Assembly (NCBI GenBank): GCA_963749235.1 | Contig: CAVVLV010000001.1 | Span: 1,287,634 to 1,351,633, forward strand | Source of the DNA: an uncultured Thermoplasmata archaeon | Lineage (GTDB): Archaea; Thermoplasmatota; Thermoplasmata; Lutacidiplasmatales; UBA184 | Direction: 5' to 3' | Length of the DNA: 64,000 nucleotides | In this document: piece after piece, positions 1 through 8,330 of the stretch | Layout: each line of letters starts with the position of its first letter | How positions within the stretch are numbered: position 1 is the first letter of the stretch | Program-made: the position numbers and the translations under genes | The notes under the pieces: generated by a model | The model's database searches: none | Told to the model about the DNA's origin: nothing | Seen by the model: only the letters and a program-made list of their open reading frames with translations

Positions 1-303
1 CCAGCCTGTAGCTATGATGCCCAACACGAACAGCCCCGTTCCACAGGCGAGTTGGAGGGTCCAGAGCCGCGCGTCCAGGAGTGATCCCACAGCCACGCCA
101 ATCAAAGTGAATATCAGTACCAATTGAACGAGGCTCAGGTCGGGTCCAGTCGAGAAATAGGGTCCTTGGTTGATTCCTCCGTTGATAACCCAGGCGGGCT
201 GCAAAACCAGAAGACTCAAGGCCCGGTACGCGACAAAGACCCCCACGAACGTGGTTATCCACGCAAGCGGGGAGGTGTTTGGTACAGTTCCGATGCCCTT
301 CAT
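1..303 (-). CDS. Hypothetical multi-pass membrane protein (runs off the left edge)
   Basis: Hand translation from ATG at 303: MKGIGTVPNTSPLAWITTFVGVFVAYRALSLLVLQPAW...LVQLVLIFTLIGVAVGSLLDARLWTLQLACGTGLFVLGIIATGW. Open to position 1 with three hydrophobic stretches; not in the ORF track. Confidence 0.55.
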   Translation of the reverse strand, partial: MKGIGTVPNTSPLAWITTFVGVFVAYRALSLLVLQPAWVINGGINQGPYFSTGPDLSLVQLVLIFTLIGVAVGSLLDARLWTLQLACGTGLFVLGIIATGW

Positions 304-702
304 GGCACGGCAACAGACCGTAGAGGTATCAGGAAGTACTTTAGGTCAAGCGATCGTGCCCCCTCCCAATCGCAAGACTTGCCGGCAACCCCTTCTCATC
401 CTGGCGCCATTTGCAATCGAGACGAAGGCATTCTTCTGGGAGGCAATCGCCGCGCCGTCACAAACCGCGATCCCAGGATCTATCGTTCCCGACAGTCAGG
501 GAGGCACAAACGTGGGCGGGAGTCTTCGGATGTTGACCATGAGCTCGGGCGGATTGGTCTCCCCCTTGGTCGCACTCTTGCCTGACCCTCCAGATTCACC
601 CCGTGATTGCAACCACTTCAGTTTGGGCTGGCCAGCCGAGCTTCCGGGGGAAACCAAACTGCACCGAATCCATATATACCGAGATAATGTTGCGCCCTCG
701 GT

Positions 703-879
703 ATGCCGAAATGGAAGAAGGGGGCGAAAGAGTTCACAGTAGGGGTAAGCTTCCACGAGGTCCGGGGATACGCCGCCACGATCCCGAAGCCCGTAATGGA
801 GCACCTCTTCAAGCCGGAGCGAATCACATTCACGCTCCGAAAGGAGAAGGTTGAGATTCGGGCCGCGAGGAGCGACTAG
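703..879 (+). CDS. Small 58-aa AbrB/SpoVT-like putative DNA-binding protein
   Basis: Hand translation MPKWKKGAKEFTVGVSFHEVRGYAATIPKPVMEHLFKPERITFTLRKEKVEIRAARSD. The 'TIPKPVM..L' pattern resembles the AbrB 'IPKxIRExL' motif. TATA-like CATATATA at 671-678, about 25 nt upstream. Below the ORF-track size cut-off. Confidence 0.65.
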   Translation: MPKWKKGAKEFTVGVSFHEVRGYAATIPKPVMEHLFKPERITFTLRKEKVEIRAARSD

Positions 880-1148
880 TTTTCATGCCCTGGGGGCCGC
901 CAGCTTCGGACCAGAACGTATCCCGCAGTTGAACTAACGGCCAAGACGCCGAGCGCGACCCCGGCTACTCCGCTGGCCTCGGCGGGATTCGAGCCGTTCA
1001 GTATCTCTGCAATTGTGATTCCACCTATCAACAGGGAAGCGGCAATTGCAAAGTACGCCACAGCAATCCGACCCTTCCGCTTGATCTCCTCTTCTTCTGC
1101 TGCTCTTGTGGCCCGCCGGGCGGCCTCTTCTTGGGCCATCTTCCCCAT
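876..1148 (-). CDS. Small hypothetical membrane protein (2 TM)
   Basis: C-terminal part of ORF 876..1496 from MGKMAQEEAARR: charged N-terminus followed by two hydrophobic helices. Confidence 0.5.
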   Translation of the reverse strand: MGKMAQEEAARRATRAAEEEEIKRKGRIAVAYFAIAASLLIGGITIAEILNGSNPAEASGVAGVALGVLAVSSTAGYVLVRSWRPPGHEN

Positions 1149-1156
1149 CGAACCCT

Positions 1157-1408
1157 CTACAGTCCGAAAGTGCAGCTCGCCCCGTTCTGTAGGAGAAAAC
1201 CCACGACAAGCAGGATCACCCCCAATGTTCCAGTCCCTATTCCCACCGGGACGCCGCCGATGGCAGCGGATGTGAGAGCGACAGCAATCATTCCACAACC
1301 GAAGAGGCCGAGCGATAGGGCTCCATTGCAGGTACTGAGATTCAAGGCCCCAAGAGCAAAGAACACAATCCCGACGAAAAGTCCAATGGCGATTGCGATG
1401 ACTGTCAT
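1157..1408 (-). CDS. Small Gly-rich hydrophobic membrane protein
   Basis: ORF 1157..1447, likely start MTVIAIAIG at 1408. Almost entirely hydrophobic (about 3 TM) and directly upstream of the previous gene. Confidence 0.5.
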   Translation of the reverse strand: MTVIAIAIGLFVGIVFFALGALNLSTCNGALSLGLFGCGMIAVALTSAAIGGVPVGIGTGTLGVILLVVGFLLQNGASCTFGL

Positions 1409-1545
1409 CGAGGGGGTATTGCTCACGGCGATAAACACCCCGCCCAACCCCCCCGAGGCACGGACACGCGTACAGGGTCCCGCGACGCCGTCTCAAATAC
1501 GGCGGTGCGATTTCTGCCTGGCACTCGCGTCCGGAGTGTAGGCAT

Positions 1546-1983
1546 ATGGCGATTACCGGGACCCAAGTTAGGCGATGGCTCGATGAGGAGACCTCGAACG
1601 TTGTAGCGGCGAATCAACCCAACAGTTCTTTCTCGTTTGGTTTTCGCACCGCCAACGGACTTCAGCTTCTTGCGTTTCAGCCAACCGGTAAGCGGGATTC
1701 TTTGATTGTGAGCGGGACAGTGAGCCTCGTCGAGCAAGAAAGAGTCCGTATCGGCACTCACTTGACCGATATGGTCCTGGGACTCCAGAGGGATCTTGCA
1801 ATCGGGGGCTACATTTTTGAAATCAAGCCAAATGAGCAGGCCCCGGATACGATCGCGATCGCCGTCCAGCTCTGGGACGACGGGCTCACGAAGGGTGACT
1901 TGATGGGAGCTCTCCAGAGAGTCGTCAACGGAGTCGTACTGATCATTGTCACATTCCGAAAATACCTCGAGCAGGCCCGCTGA
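1546..1983 (+). CDS. DUF2299-like archaeal protein (T3SS-chaperone/YbjN-like fold)
   Basis: 145 aa with N-terminal 'VRRWLDEE' and C-terminal 'LWDDGLTKGDLMGALQRV', resembling DUF2299 members from memory. Confidence 0.55.
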   Translation: MAITGTQVRRWLDEETSNVVAANQPNSSFSFGFRTANGLQLLAFQPTGKRDSLIVSGTVSLVEQERVRIGTHLTDMVLGLQRDLAIGGYIFEIKPNEQAPDTIAIAVQLWDDGLTKGDLMGALQRVVNGVVLIIVTFRKYLEQAR

Positions 1984-2025
1984 CCTCCGACTGAGAGGGG
2001 TAAGGGCCCGAGTCTCTGGGGTCCG

Positions 2026-2754
2026 ATGTCGCTGAGTCCAGAACGCGAAGCCGGTCTCAAGGATCTCCCTCGGCGAGCGACGGCTGAGGAACGAGAGTTG
2101 GACTTCAAATCGACCTTCTTGAAGACCGACTATCAGTGGGTTGAGTTCGTGAAGGACATAGCGAACATGGCAAACTGCCAGGGCGGCGTGATTGTCTTCT
2201 GGTGTGATTCGTGGGGTAGATATCAAAACACGGAAAAACGTCCCGTAGAGGGTCTGGACCAGAAAGAAATCATTGGTAAGATGGTCCGCTACACTGGAGT
2301 TGGCTACGATGGAGTGACGCTTTCCAGCGTGAAACGGAGAGGGCGTCGACACCGTATTCTCCTGATCGAGACGGCCCGCGGAATACTCGTCTACGTAGCT
2401 GATGGAAACTATGGTAAAGAGCCCCATCCCAAGGAAAAGGACCTCGGATTCCATCGGGGGCAGGTGCCATTCCGTCGAGGGAGTACCAATGACATTGCGA
2501 CGGCCATCGACCTCGAACGAATCATTGAGGATCGCGCAGCGGAGCGTACCGGTGAGGCGTTGGCGCTTGCTAGGGGGTTCGAGAACTGTTTGGTAGAACC
2601 CGTTGGTCCAATAGTCGAACTCCCGCGTGGGAAGGGCAGAACTCGTGTGGGCCGACGAACACCTGCTCCGCTCCTCTCCCCGCCCACAACCGGCCCCAGT
2701 AACCGAGCGCCCCAAGCGACAAGCCGGAGGGCGAGACTGCGGCGGCAGAAGTAG
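2026..2754 (+). CDS. Schlafen/AlbA_2-domain protein
   Basis: 'EERELDFKS' and 'KDIANMANCQGGVIVF' match the AlbA_2 motifs ExxxxEFK and KxIxAFANxxGG. C-terminus is low-complexity and basic. Confidence 0.7.
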   Translation: MSLSPEREAGLKDLPRRATAEERELDFKSTFLKTDYQWVEFVKDIANMANCQGGVIVFWCDSWGRYQNTEKRPVEGLDQKEIIGKMVRYTGVGYDGVTLSSVKRRGRRHRILLIETARGILVYVADGNYGKEPHPKEKDLGFHRGQVPFRRGSTNDIATAIDLERIIEDRAAERTGEALALARGFENCLVEPVGPIVELPRGKGRTRVGRRTPAPLLSPPTTGPSNRAPQATSRRARLRRQK

Positions 2755-2821
2755 GTGGTTTTGGTCCGCTCCCCTAAGGAACTCGACTTGAGCACGGGCG
2801 CTTGGCCCAGTGGAAGGGTGG

Positions 2822-2880
2822 TTTCGTCCCACCAGGGACGATTTCGTCCCAGCATGGTGCAAAACGGGGATGTCGTCCCA
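2822..2880. repeat. Three short direct repeats T(T/G)TCGTCCCA plus one inverted half-copy
   Basis: TTTCGTCCCA at 2822-2831 and 2842-2851, TGTCGTCCCA at 2871-2880, inverted GGGACGA at 2835-2841. Confidence 0.6.
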
Positions 2881-3018
2881 AAGCCGCGTAGCATGGGTTT
2901 GGGGACGTCCGGATGGCGTGTTCCAGCACGGTTCCGTACGATTTCGGTCGGGAGGAGACGGGGAGCGTGGGGCCCGCCGCCGGTGGAAGGCCCGTTGGAG
3001 GCAATTCCGTCCCCGCGC

Positions 3019-4293
3019 TCACGCCGGAGAGGCCGTAAAGACGCACCCTCGCGCCGCATGCTTGGTCGGGTCGGGTTTCGAGACCTCCCACCGTTGGCCG
3101 AGCCGCGTCTCGAGAACCGAGCGGAGGAGCTGCGGGCACATGACCCGTCCGATCTCGGGAGAATCCTCTGTGCAGGCAAAGCAGGCGGTGACCCGAAAGG
3201 TGAGCGGCCTTTCCTTGACCATCGCAAGATGGCCCATCGTGTGCGTCTCGTAGTACTGCGCTAGGGCGACCCCGATCTGGGCCGGTGTAGTCCCCTCGAC
3301 CTCCTTGGCGATCTCCCGCCCCAACTGACGGGCGATGGTTTCGATCATCTCGGGGAGGTTGAGCTGGAACTCCTTTACCCCGGAGGCCCGCATCCCCAGC
3401 TTCGTGATGTCCTTGAGACGCTGGAATGACACGGACTCCTTGCCCGTGACGACCGGGAGGAGGGCGGCCGGAGGGTTCTCGAGGTCGACGAAGCGCGCCT
3501 CGGCGCGCTCCGCCGGCGTCCAGAGGCGCCGATGGTAGTCGCGGGCGAGCTGCACGAACATGGGAGCGGTGGACCAGAGAGCGACCTGTTCTTCACCGGT
3601 CCGGCCGAGGCCGTCCTCTCCCGACACGTAGACGAGCGCGCCCCCCCGGTCGAGGACCAGGGCTCGATTGACCACGGGCCCCGTGGAGTGCCGCAGCTCG
3701 CTGAACGTCGCAAAGTGCTTCGCGGCTCCGAGGTTGGGAGGGTACACCTCGGTGACGACCTTGACCTTCACGCCGCGCTCCTGGGCCTCGCGGAGCGCTC
3801 GGTCGATCCCGCCTTCGAGGAATCCGTTCAGAGCCGGTCCCGCCGCACTGACGAGGATGTGCCGCTCCGCGGTCCCGATCCGCTTGTGGAGGAAGCGGTC
3901 GATCGTCGCGCGTCCCTCCAGCACCGCGAACTTGCGGGGGTCCTGGTCGTCCACGTCGGTCCGACTCTCCTCCCAGTCGGCGAGGACCTTGTGGCGGTCC
4001 GACTCGAGCCGGTGGACCCGCTCCGTCGCAGTGCGGATCCACCGATCGATGAGGTCGCCGGGAGGCAACGAGGCAAAGCGCTGCGGACGGCTCCCCGTGG
4101 CGAGCAGGAGCCCGTCGTCGGTGAGTTGCTTGATCAGGCGGTACGCCTCGACCCGGCTGACCGCCGAGAGACGGGCGAGCTCGCTCGCCGTTTGCGGCCC
4201 GGCTCGGCACGAGGCAAGGTAGACCCGCGCGAGCTTCTCGGGTACCCCGTGTTCGGCGAGAAGTTGAGTTAGGCCGGAGGGCGGCCGTGCCAC
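3019..4293 (-). CDS. TrmB-family transcriptional regulator with PLD-like effector domain and C-terminal V4R-like domain
   Basis: N-terminal wHTH 'ARVYLASCRAGPQTASELARLSAVSRVEAYRLIKQL', central 'LREAQERGVKVKVV', C-terminal 'CFAC...MC...GCVF'. Confidence 0.8.
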   Translation of the reverse strand: MARPPSGLTQLLAEHGVPEKLARVYLASCRAGPQTASELARLSAVSRVEAYRLIKQLTDDGLLLATGSRPQRFASLPPGDLIDRWIRTATERVHRLESDRHKVLADWEESRTDVDDQDPRKFAVLEGRATIDRFLHKRIGTAERHILVSAAGPALNGFLEGGIDRALREAQERGVKVKVVTEVYPPNLGAAKHFATFSELRHSTGPVVNRALVLDRGGALVYVSGEDGLGRTGEEQVALWSTAPMFVQLARDYHRRLWTPAERAEARFVDLENPPAALLPVVTGKESVSFQRLKDITKLGMRASGVKEFQLNLPEMIETIARQLGREIAKEVEGTTPAQIGVALAQYYETHTMGHLAMVKERPLTFRVTACFACTEDSPEIGRVMCPQLLRSVLETRLGQRWEVSKPDPTKHAARGCVFTASPA

Positions 4294-4346
4294 GTTGCTT
4301 CCAGACGGAGGGGCGTTAAAAGGAGGGGGGAGGGCCGCGCCGCGAC

Positions 4347-5003
4347 CTAGAGCGCTGCCTGGAAGTCCTCGATGGACAACGGATACTCGAGCTCGGCTCC
4401 GCCGGCCCGCGCGCGCAGGACCTCCCGCGCGACCAGCCAGTAGACCGTGGCAAGCGCGACGCGTCCTTTGTTGTTCGCGGGGATCACCAGGTCGACGTCC
4501 CGGGTCTCGTTGTTGACGTCACACAGACCGACCACCGGAATGCCGATGGAGACCGCCTCGCTCAAGGCTTGCTGGTCGGTCGCCGGGTCGGTGACGAAGA
4601 GGACCTTCGGCTCGAAGTATTCGACCAGGCTTGGGTTCGTCAGGCATCCCGGCACGAAGCGTTCGGCGAACGAAACGGCGCCCACGGTCTTCGCGAAAAC
4701 GCGGACCGGCTTCTGCCCGTACTGCCGCTGACTCACGACGAGGATCTTGTCGGCCGGATAGTGGGATAGGAACTTGGCGGCGAGCCGGATCCGACGATCC
4801 GTCTCGCGGACGTCCAGGACGTGGAGCCCATCGAACCGGACCTTATGAACGAAGCGGCGCATGGATGCCGACTTCTGCTGGGTGCCGATGTGGACGCCCG
4901 AAGTAAGGTAGATCTCCTCGGGAACGAGCAGTTCACCGGGCCGGATGTCCTGGCCGTCCGACGGGATGGCCTGCTGCTCTGCCATCACCTCGTCCTCGGG
5001 CAT
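4347..5003 (-). CDS. rps2: 30S ribosomal protein S2 (uS2)
   Basis: '[13 protein letters not shown]', '[10 protein letters not shown]', '[11 protein letters not shown]'. Confidence 0.97.
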   Translation of the reverse strand: MPEDEVMAEQQAIPSDGQDIRPGELLVPEEIYLTSGVHIGTQQKSASMRRFVHKVRFDGLHVLDVRETDRRIRLAAKFLSHYPADKILVVSQRQYGQKPVRVFAKTVGAVSFAERFVPGCLTNPSLVEYFEPKVLFVTDPATDQQALSEAVSIGIPVVGLCDVNNETRDVDLVIPANNKGRVALATVYWLVAREVLRARAGGAELEYPLSIEDFQAAL

Positions 5004-5006
5004 GGT

Positions 5007-6221
5007 TCACCGACCGGTGGCGCGGCCGAGCCGCAGGAGTTCATTTAGTTTTGCTACCCGCTCTCCGCCGAGCAGACCGCATTTCAGGCCCCGCGCACCC
5101 GTGCCCAATGCCACATGGGCGAGCCAACCTTCGGGCACCTCGCCGGACCGGTGCGACGTGATGGTCGCCTGACCATCCGACCGGGCGAGGTCGACCGTGC
5201 GCAGGGTCTCGGTCAATGTCCCGACCTGATTGACCTTGATCAGGACAGCGTTCGTCGAGTGATGCTGGATCCCGGTGGCCAGCCGAGCGGCGCGGGTCAC
5301 ATACAGGTCGTCTCCGATCACGAGCGTACGGTCCCCGACGGCCCTGGTGACGGCCGCGAATCCCTCGAACGAGTCCTGCTCGATCGGGTCCTCGAGGTAG
5401 CGGAGACCGTACCGGTCCACGAGCTCGGCCACGAAAGCGACCTGGCCTTGGGGATCCAAGGTCCGATCCTGATACCGATAGTGCCCGTCGGAGTAGAACT
5501 CGCTCGCGGCCAGGTCGAGACCGGGATGGACCTCGACCTTGAGCTCGGAGCGCGCGGTAGCGCAAGCGGCCGTCAGCACCTCGAGGGCCTCGACGTTTCC
5601 GATCGCGGCCACCCATCCGCCCTCGTCGCCACGACCGAGCGCGGCCGTGGGGAACCGACGGTGCAGTTCTGCCCCGATCAGCGTGTGGACCCGCAGCGCG
5701 GCGGCCACGCTCCGTTCGGGGTTCGGGTCCTCGGCGAAGGCGATGAACTCCTGGATGTCGGGCCCGCCGATCGCGTGTTTCCCTCCGTTCAAGCAATTGC
5801 CGACGATCGCCGGAAACGTGCGCCCGTCGATGCCCGGGCGTGCGAGGATCTTCCAGAGCGGCTCTCCCCGCTCGGAAGCGTAGGCGAGCGCCGCCGCCAT
5901 CGAGATCGCGGTCGCGCTGTTCCCGCCGATGCGCGATAGGTTGGGTGTGCCGTCCACTGAATGGATCACGCTGTCGACGGCCGCCCGATCCGCGGCATCG
6001 ACACCCCGGAGGCGGGGGACCAGGCTGGCCCGGACCGTGCTCACGGCCTCGGGGACCCCGCCTGTGGGGAACGCCTGGACCTCGTGCACGCCGGTGCTCG
6101 CCCCGCTCGGCGCGCCGGCGTGACCGCGGGCTCCCGAATCCAACCGGACCTCCGCCTCGATCGTGGCGCGGCCCCGGCTGTCGTAGATGAGGTCGACGGC
6201 CACCGAGCGGATCTGGCTCAC
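5007..6221 (-). CDS. eno: Enolase
   Basis: 'YDSRGRATIE', 'PSGASTG', 'GDEGG', 'LIKVNQVGTLTE', 'SHRSGE'. Confidence 0.96.
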   Translation of the reverse strand: MSQIRSVAVDLIYDSRGRATIEAEVRLDSGARGHAGAPSGASTGVHEVQAFPTGGVPEAVSTVRASLVPRLRGVDAADRAAVDSVIHSVDGTPNLSRIGGNSATAISMAAALAYASERGEPLWKILARPGIDGRTFPAIVGNCLNGGKHAIGGPDIQEFIAFAEDPNPERSVAAALRVHTLIGAELHRRFPTAALGRGDEGGWVAAIGNVEALEVLTAACATARSELKVEVHPGLDLAASEFYSDGHYRYQDRTLDPQGQVAFVAELVDRYGLRYLEDPIEQDSFEGFAAVTRAVGDRTLVIGDDLYVTRAARLATGIQHHSTNAVLIKVNQVGTLTETLRTVDLARSDGQATITSHRSGEVPEGWLAHVALGTGARGLKCGLLGGERVAKLNELLRLGRATGR

Positions 6222-6616
6222 GGGACCTCCACGAACTCGACGAGCACGCCCCCGAACGCGCTCGGGTGGGCGAACCCCACGCGGCGCCCCCGGGCTCCGG
6301 GTCGGCCGCCCACATCGACCGTTCGTCCTCCCCGCGCCCGTACCTCTTCCAGGGAACGGTCCACGCTGGGCACCCGGAAGGCGAGATGGTGGATGCCCGG
6401 TCCCCGGCTCAAAAGGAACTTGGCGACGGGGGAGCCCTCGTCGCTCGGTTCGAGAAGCTCCACATGGGTCCCGCCCACCTGGAGGAAGGCGACCCGGACA
6501 CGGTTCGAGGGGACCAGCTCGGGCGGGAAGTCCGGGCCGCCGACGAGCGGACGCCAGTGTTCGAGCGCCTCGGCGAGGTTGGGGACCGCGATCCCGACGT
6601 GATCGAGCTCGGGCAT
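6218..6616 (-). CDS. mce: Methylmalonyl-CoA epimerase (VOC family)
   Basis: C-terminal part of ORF 6218..8584 from MPELDHVGIAV; motifs 'GPGIHHLAFRV' and 'GGVLVEFVE'. Adjacent to the mutase. Confidence 0.92.
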   Translation of the reverse strand: MPELDHVGIAVPNLAEALEHWRPLVGGPDFPPELVPSNRVRVAFLQVGGTHVELLEPSDEGSPVAKFLLSRGPGIHHLAFRVPSVDRSLEEVRARGGRTVDVGGRPGARGRRVGFAHPSAFGGVLVEFVEVP

Positions 6617-6624
6617 CGGATCCC

Positions 6625-8307
6625 CTAGAACGTCCGGGACGCCGGTTGCTCGCCGAACAGGGCGCGCCAGACGTCGGAGACTTCGCCGAGGGTCGCCCCC
6701 GCTCGGACCGCTACGAGCACGTGCGGCAGCGTGTTCTCGCCCCGCTCGGTGGCGTTCCCGAGTCGCGCCAGGGCTCCCTCGGTGGCGACGGGGTCGCGGG
6801 ACCGCTTCCACGCCCGCACGGCCGCGACCTGGCGACGTTCCTCGGCCGGGGAGATCCGTTGGACGCGGACCCCGGAGGCTCCCGTCTCGGGGAAGAGCGA
6901 AAAGGAGCCGGCCGTGTCCGTGAACTCGTTGACCCCGACCGCGACCTCCTCGCGTCGCTCCCGGGCGAGCGCGATCCGGTAGGCTTCGCGCGCGATCTCG
7001 GAGGCGAAGAAGCCGCGCTCGACCGCGGCGACCGCCCCGCCCATCGCCTCGATGCGGTCCAAGTATCCCCGCGCGCCGGCCTCGATCTCGTCCGTGAGGT
7101 GCTCGATCGCATACGCTCCACCGAGCGGATCGACGGTGCTCGCGACCCCGGACTCCTCGGCGAGGATCTGCTGGGTCCGAAGCGCGAGGCGGGCCGAGGA
7201 TTCGGTCGGGAGTCCGAGGGCTTCGTCCAGCGCGTTCGTATGGAGGGATTGGGTCCCCCCGAGGACGGCGGCCATCGCCTCGAGCGTCGTGCGGACGACG
7301 TTGAGTTCGGGCTGCTGGGCGGTAAGGCTCGAGCCGGCGGTCTGCGTATGGAACCGAAGTTGCTGGGACCGCGCCTTCCGTACGCCGAACTTCTCCTTCG
7401 TGAGGCGGGCCCACAGCCGACGGGCGGCCCGGAATTTGGCGATCTCCTCGAGGAAGTTGCGGTCGGAGGAGAAGAAGAAGGAGAGCCGGGGGAGGAACTC
7501 GTCCAGGTCGAGGCCCCGCTCTTGAACGGCCTGGACGTAAGCGATCGCGTTCGCGAGGGTAAAGGCGACCTCCTGGACCGCGGTCGCACCGGCTTCCCGC
7601 ATGTGGTATCCCGAGACCGAGATGTAGTTCCACTGGGGCATCTCGCGCGTCGCGAACTCGATCAGATCGACCGTCAACCGGAGGGAGGGACCCGGCGGGA
7701 AGACGTAGGTCCCGCGGGCGACGTACTCCTTCAGGACATCGTTCTGGACCGTGCCCCCGAGACGGCCGCGTGGCACTCCGTTCTCCTCTGCGACGGCGAC
7801 GAGGAGCGCGGTCAGGATCGGGGCGGTCGCGTTGATCGTCATCGAGACGGTCGCCCGGTCGAGGGGAAGGCCCGCGAACAAGGTTCGCATATCCCCGAGG
7901 GTCGAGACGGGAACCCCGCATCGGCCCACCTCTCCCTTGGAGCGGACGTGGTCGGAGTCGTACCCGTTCTGCGTCGGCAGGTCGAAGGCGACCGAAAGTC
8001 CGGTCTGTCCCCCTTCGAGCAGGAATCGGAATCGCCGGTTCGTCGCCGCGGCGCTGCCGAACCCCGAGTACTGTCGGTAGGTCCAGAGTCGGCCGCGGTA
8101 CATCGTGGGCTGGATGCCCCGGGTGAATGGGGATTCGCCCGGGAATCCCACGTGCTCCAAGAACGCCGCGTCGGGGTCCTCCGGCGGGTCGACCAGCAGG
8201 GGAATCGGACCCCCCTCGACCTTCGGCCCGAGCGCCTTTCGGGCGGCCGCTTCCCACCGCGCGCGACCCGCCGCGGGGCGACTGGGACGGGGTCGGGAAC
8301 GGGCCAT
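6625..8307 (-). CDS. Methylmalonyl-CoA mutase, large (catalytic) subunit; no B12-binding domain
   Basis: 'FPGESPFTRG', 'WTYRQYSGFG' (specificity Tyr), 'QNDVLKEY', 'ISVSGYH', 'GGTQSLHTN'. Start placed at MARSRP. Confidence 0.92.
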   Translation of the reverse strand: MARSRPRPSRPAAGRARWEAAARKALGPKVEGGPIPLLVDPPEDPDAAFLEHVGFPGESPFTRGIQPTMYRGRLWTYRQYSGFGSAAATNRRFRFLLEGGQTGLSVAFDLPTQNGYDSDHVRSKGEVGRCGVPVSTLGDMRTLFAGLPLDRATVSMTINATAPILTALLVAVAEENGVPRGRLGGTVQNDVLKEYVARGTYVFPPGPSLRLTVDLIEFATREMPQWNYISVSGYHMREAGATAVQEVAFTLANAIAYVQAVQERGLDLDEFLPRLSFFFSSDRNFLEEIAKFRAARRLWARLTKEKFGVRKARSQQLRFHTQTAGSSLTAQQPELNVVRTTLEAMAAVLGGTQSLHTNALDEALGLPTESSARLALRTQQILAEESGVASTVDPLGGAYAIEHLTDEIEAGARGYLDRIEAMGGAVAAVERGFFASEIAREAYRIALARERREEVAVGVNEFTDTAGSFSLFPETGASGVRVQRISPAEERRQVAAVRAWKRSRDPVATEGALARLGNATERGENTLPHVLVAVRAGATLGEVSDVWRALFGEQPASRTF

Positions 8308-8330
8308 CGCCGGACGACCGGGGGAGGCTA

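Noticed and set aside
2822-2880. Repeat cluster as a mini-CRISPR array
   Set aside because: Repeats are only 10 bp with 10-19 bp gaps, and there are no cas genes. No CRISPR array was seen anywhere in the window.
6625-8307. Mutase as isobutyryl-CoA or 2-hydroxyisobutyryl-CoA mutase
   Set aside because: It has Tyr in the RQY motif and sits next to methylmalonyl-CoA epimerase, both pointing to methylmalonyl-CoA.
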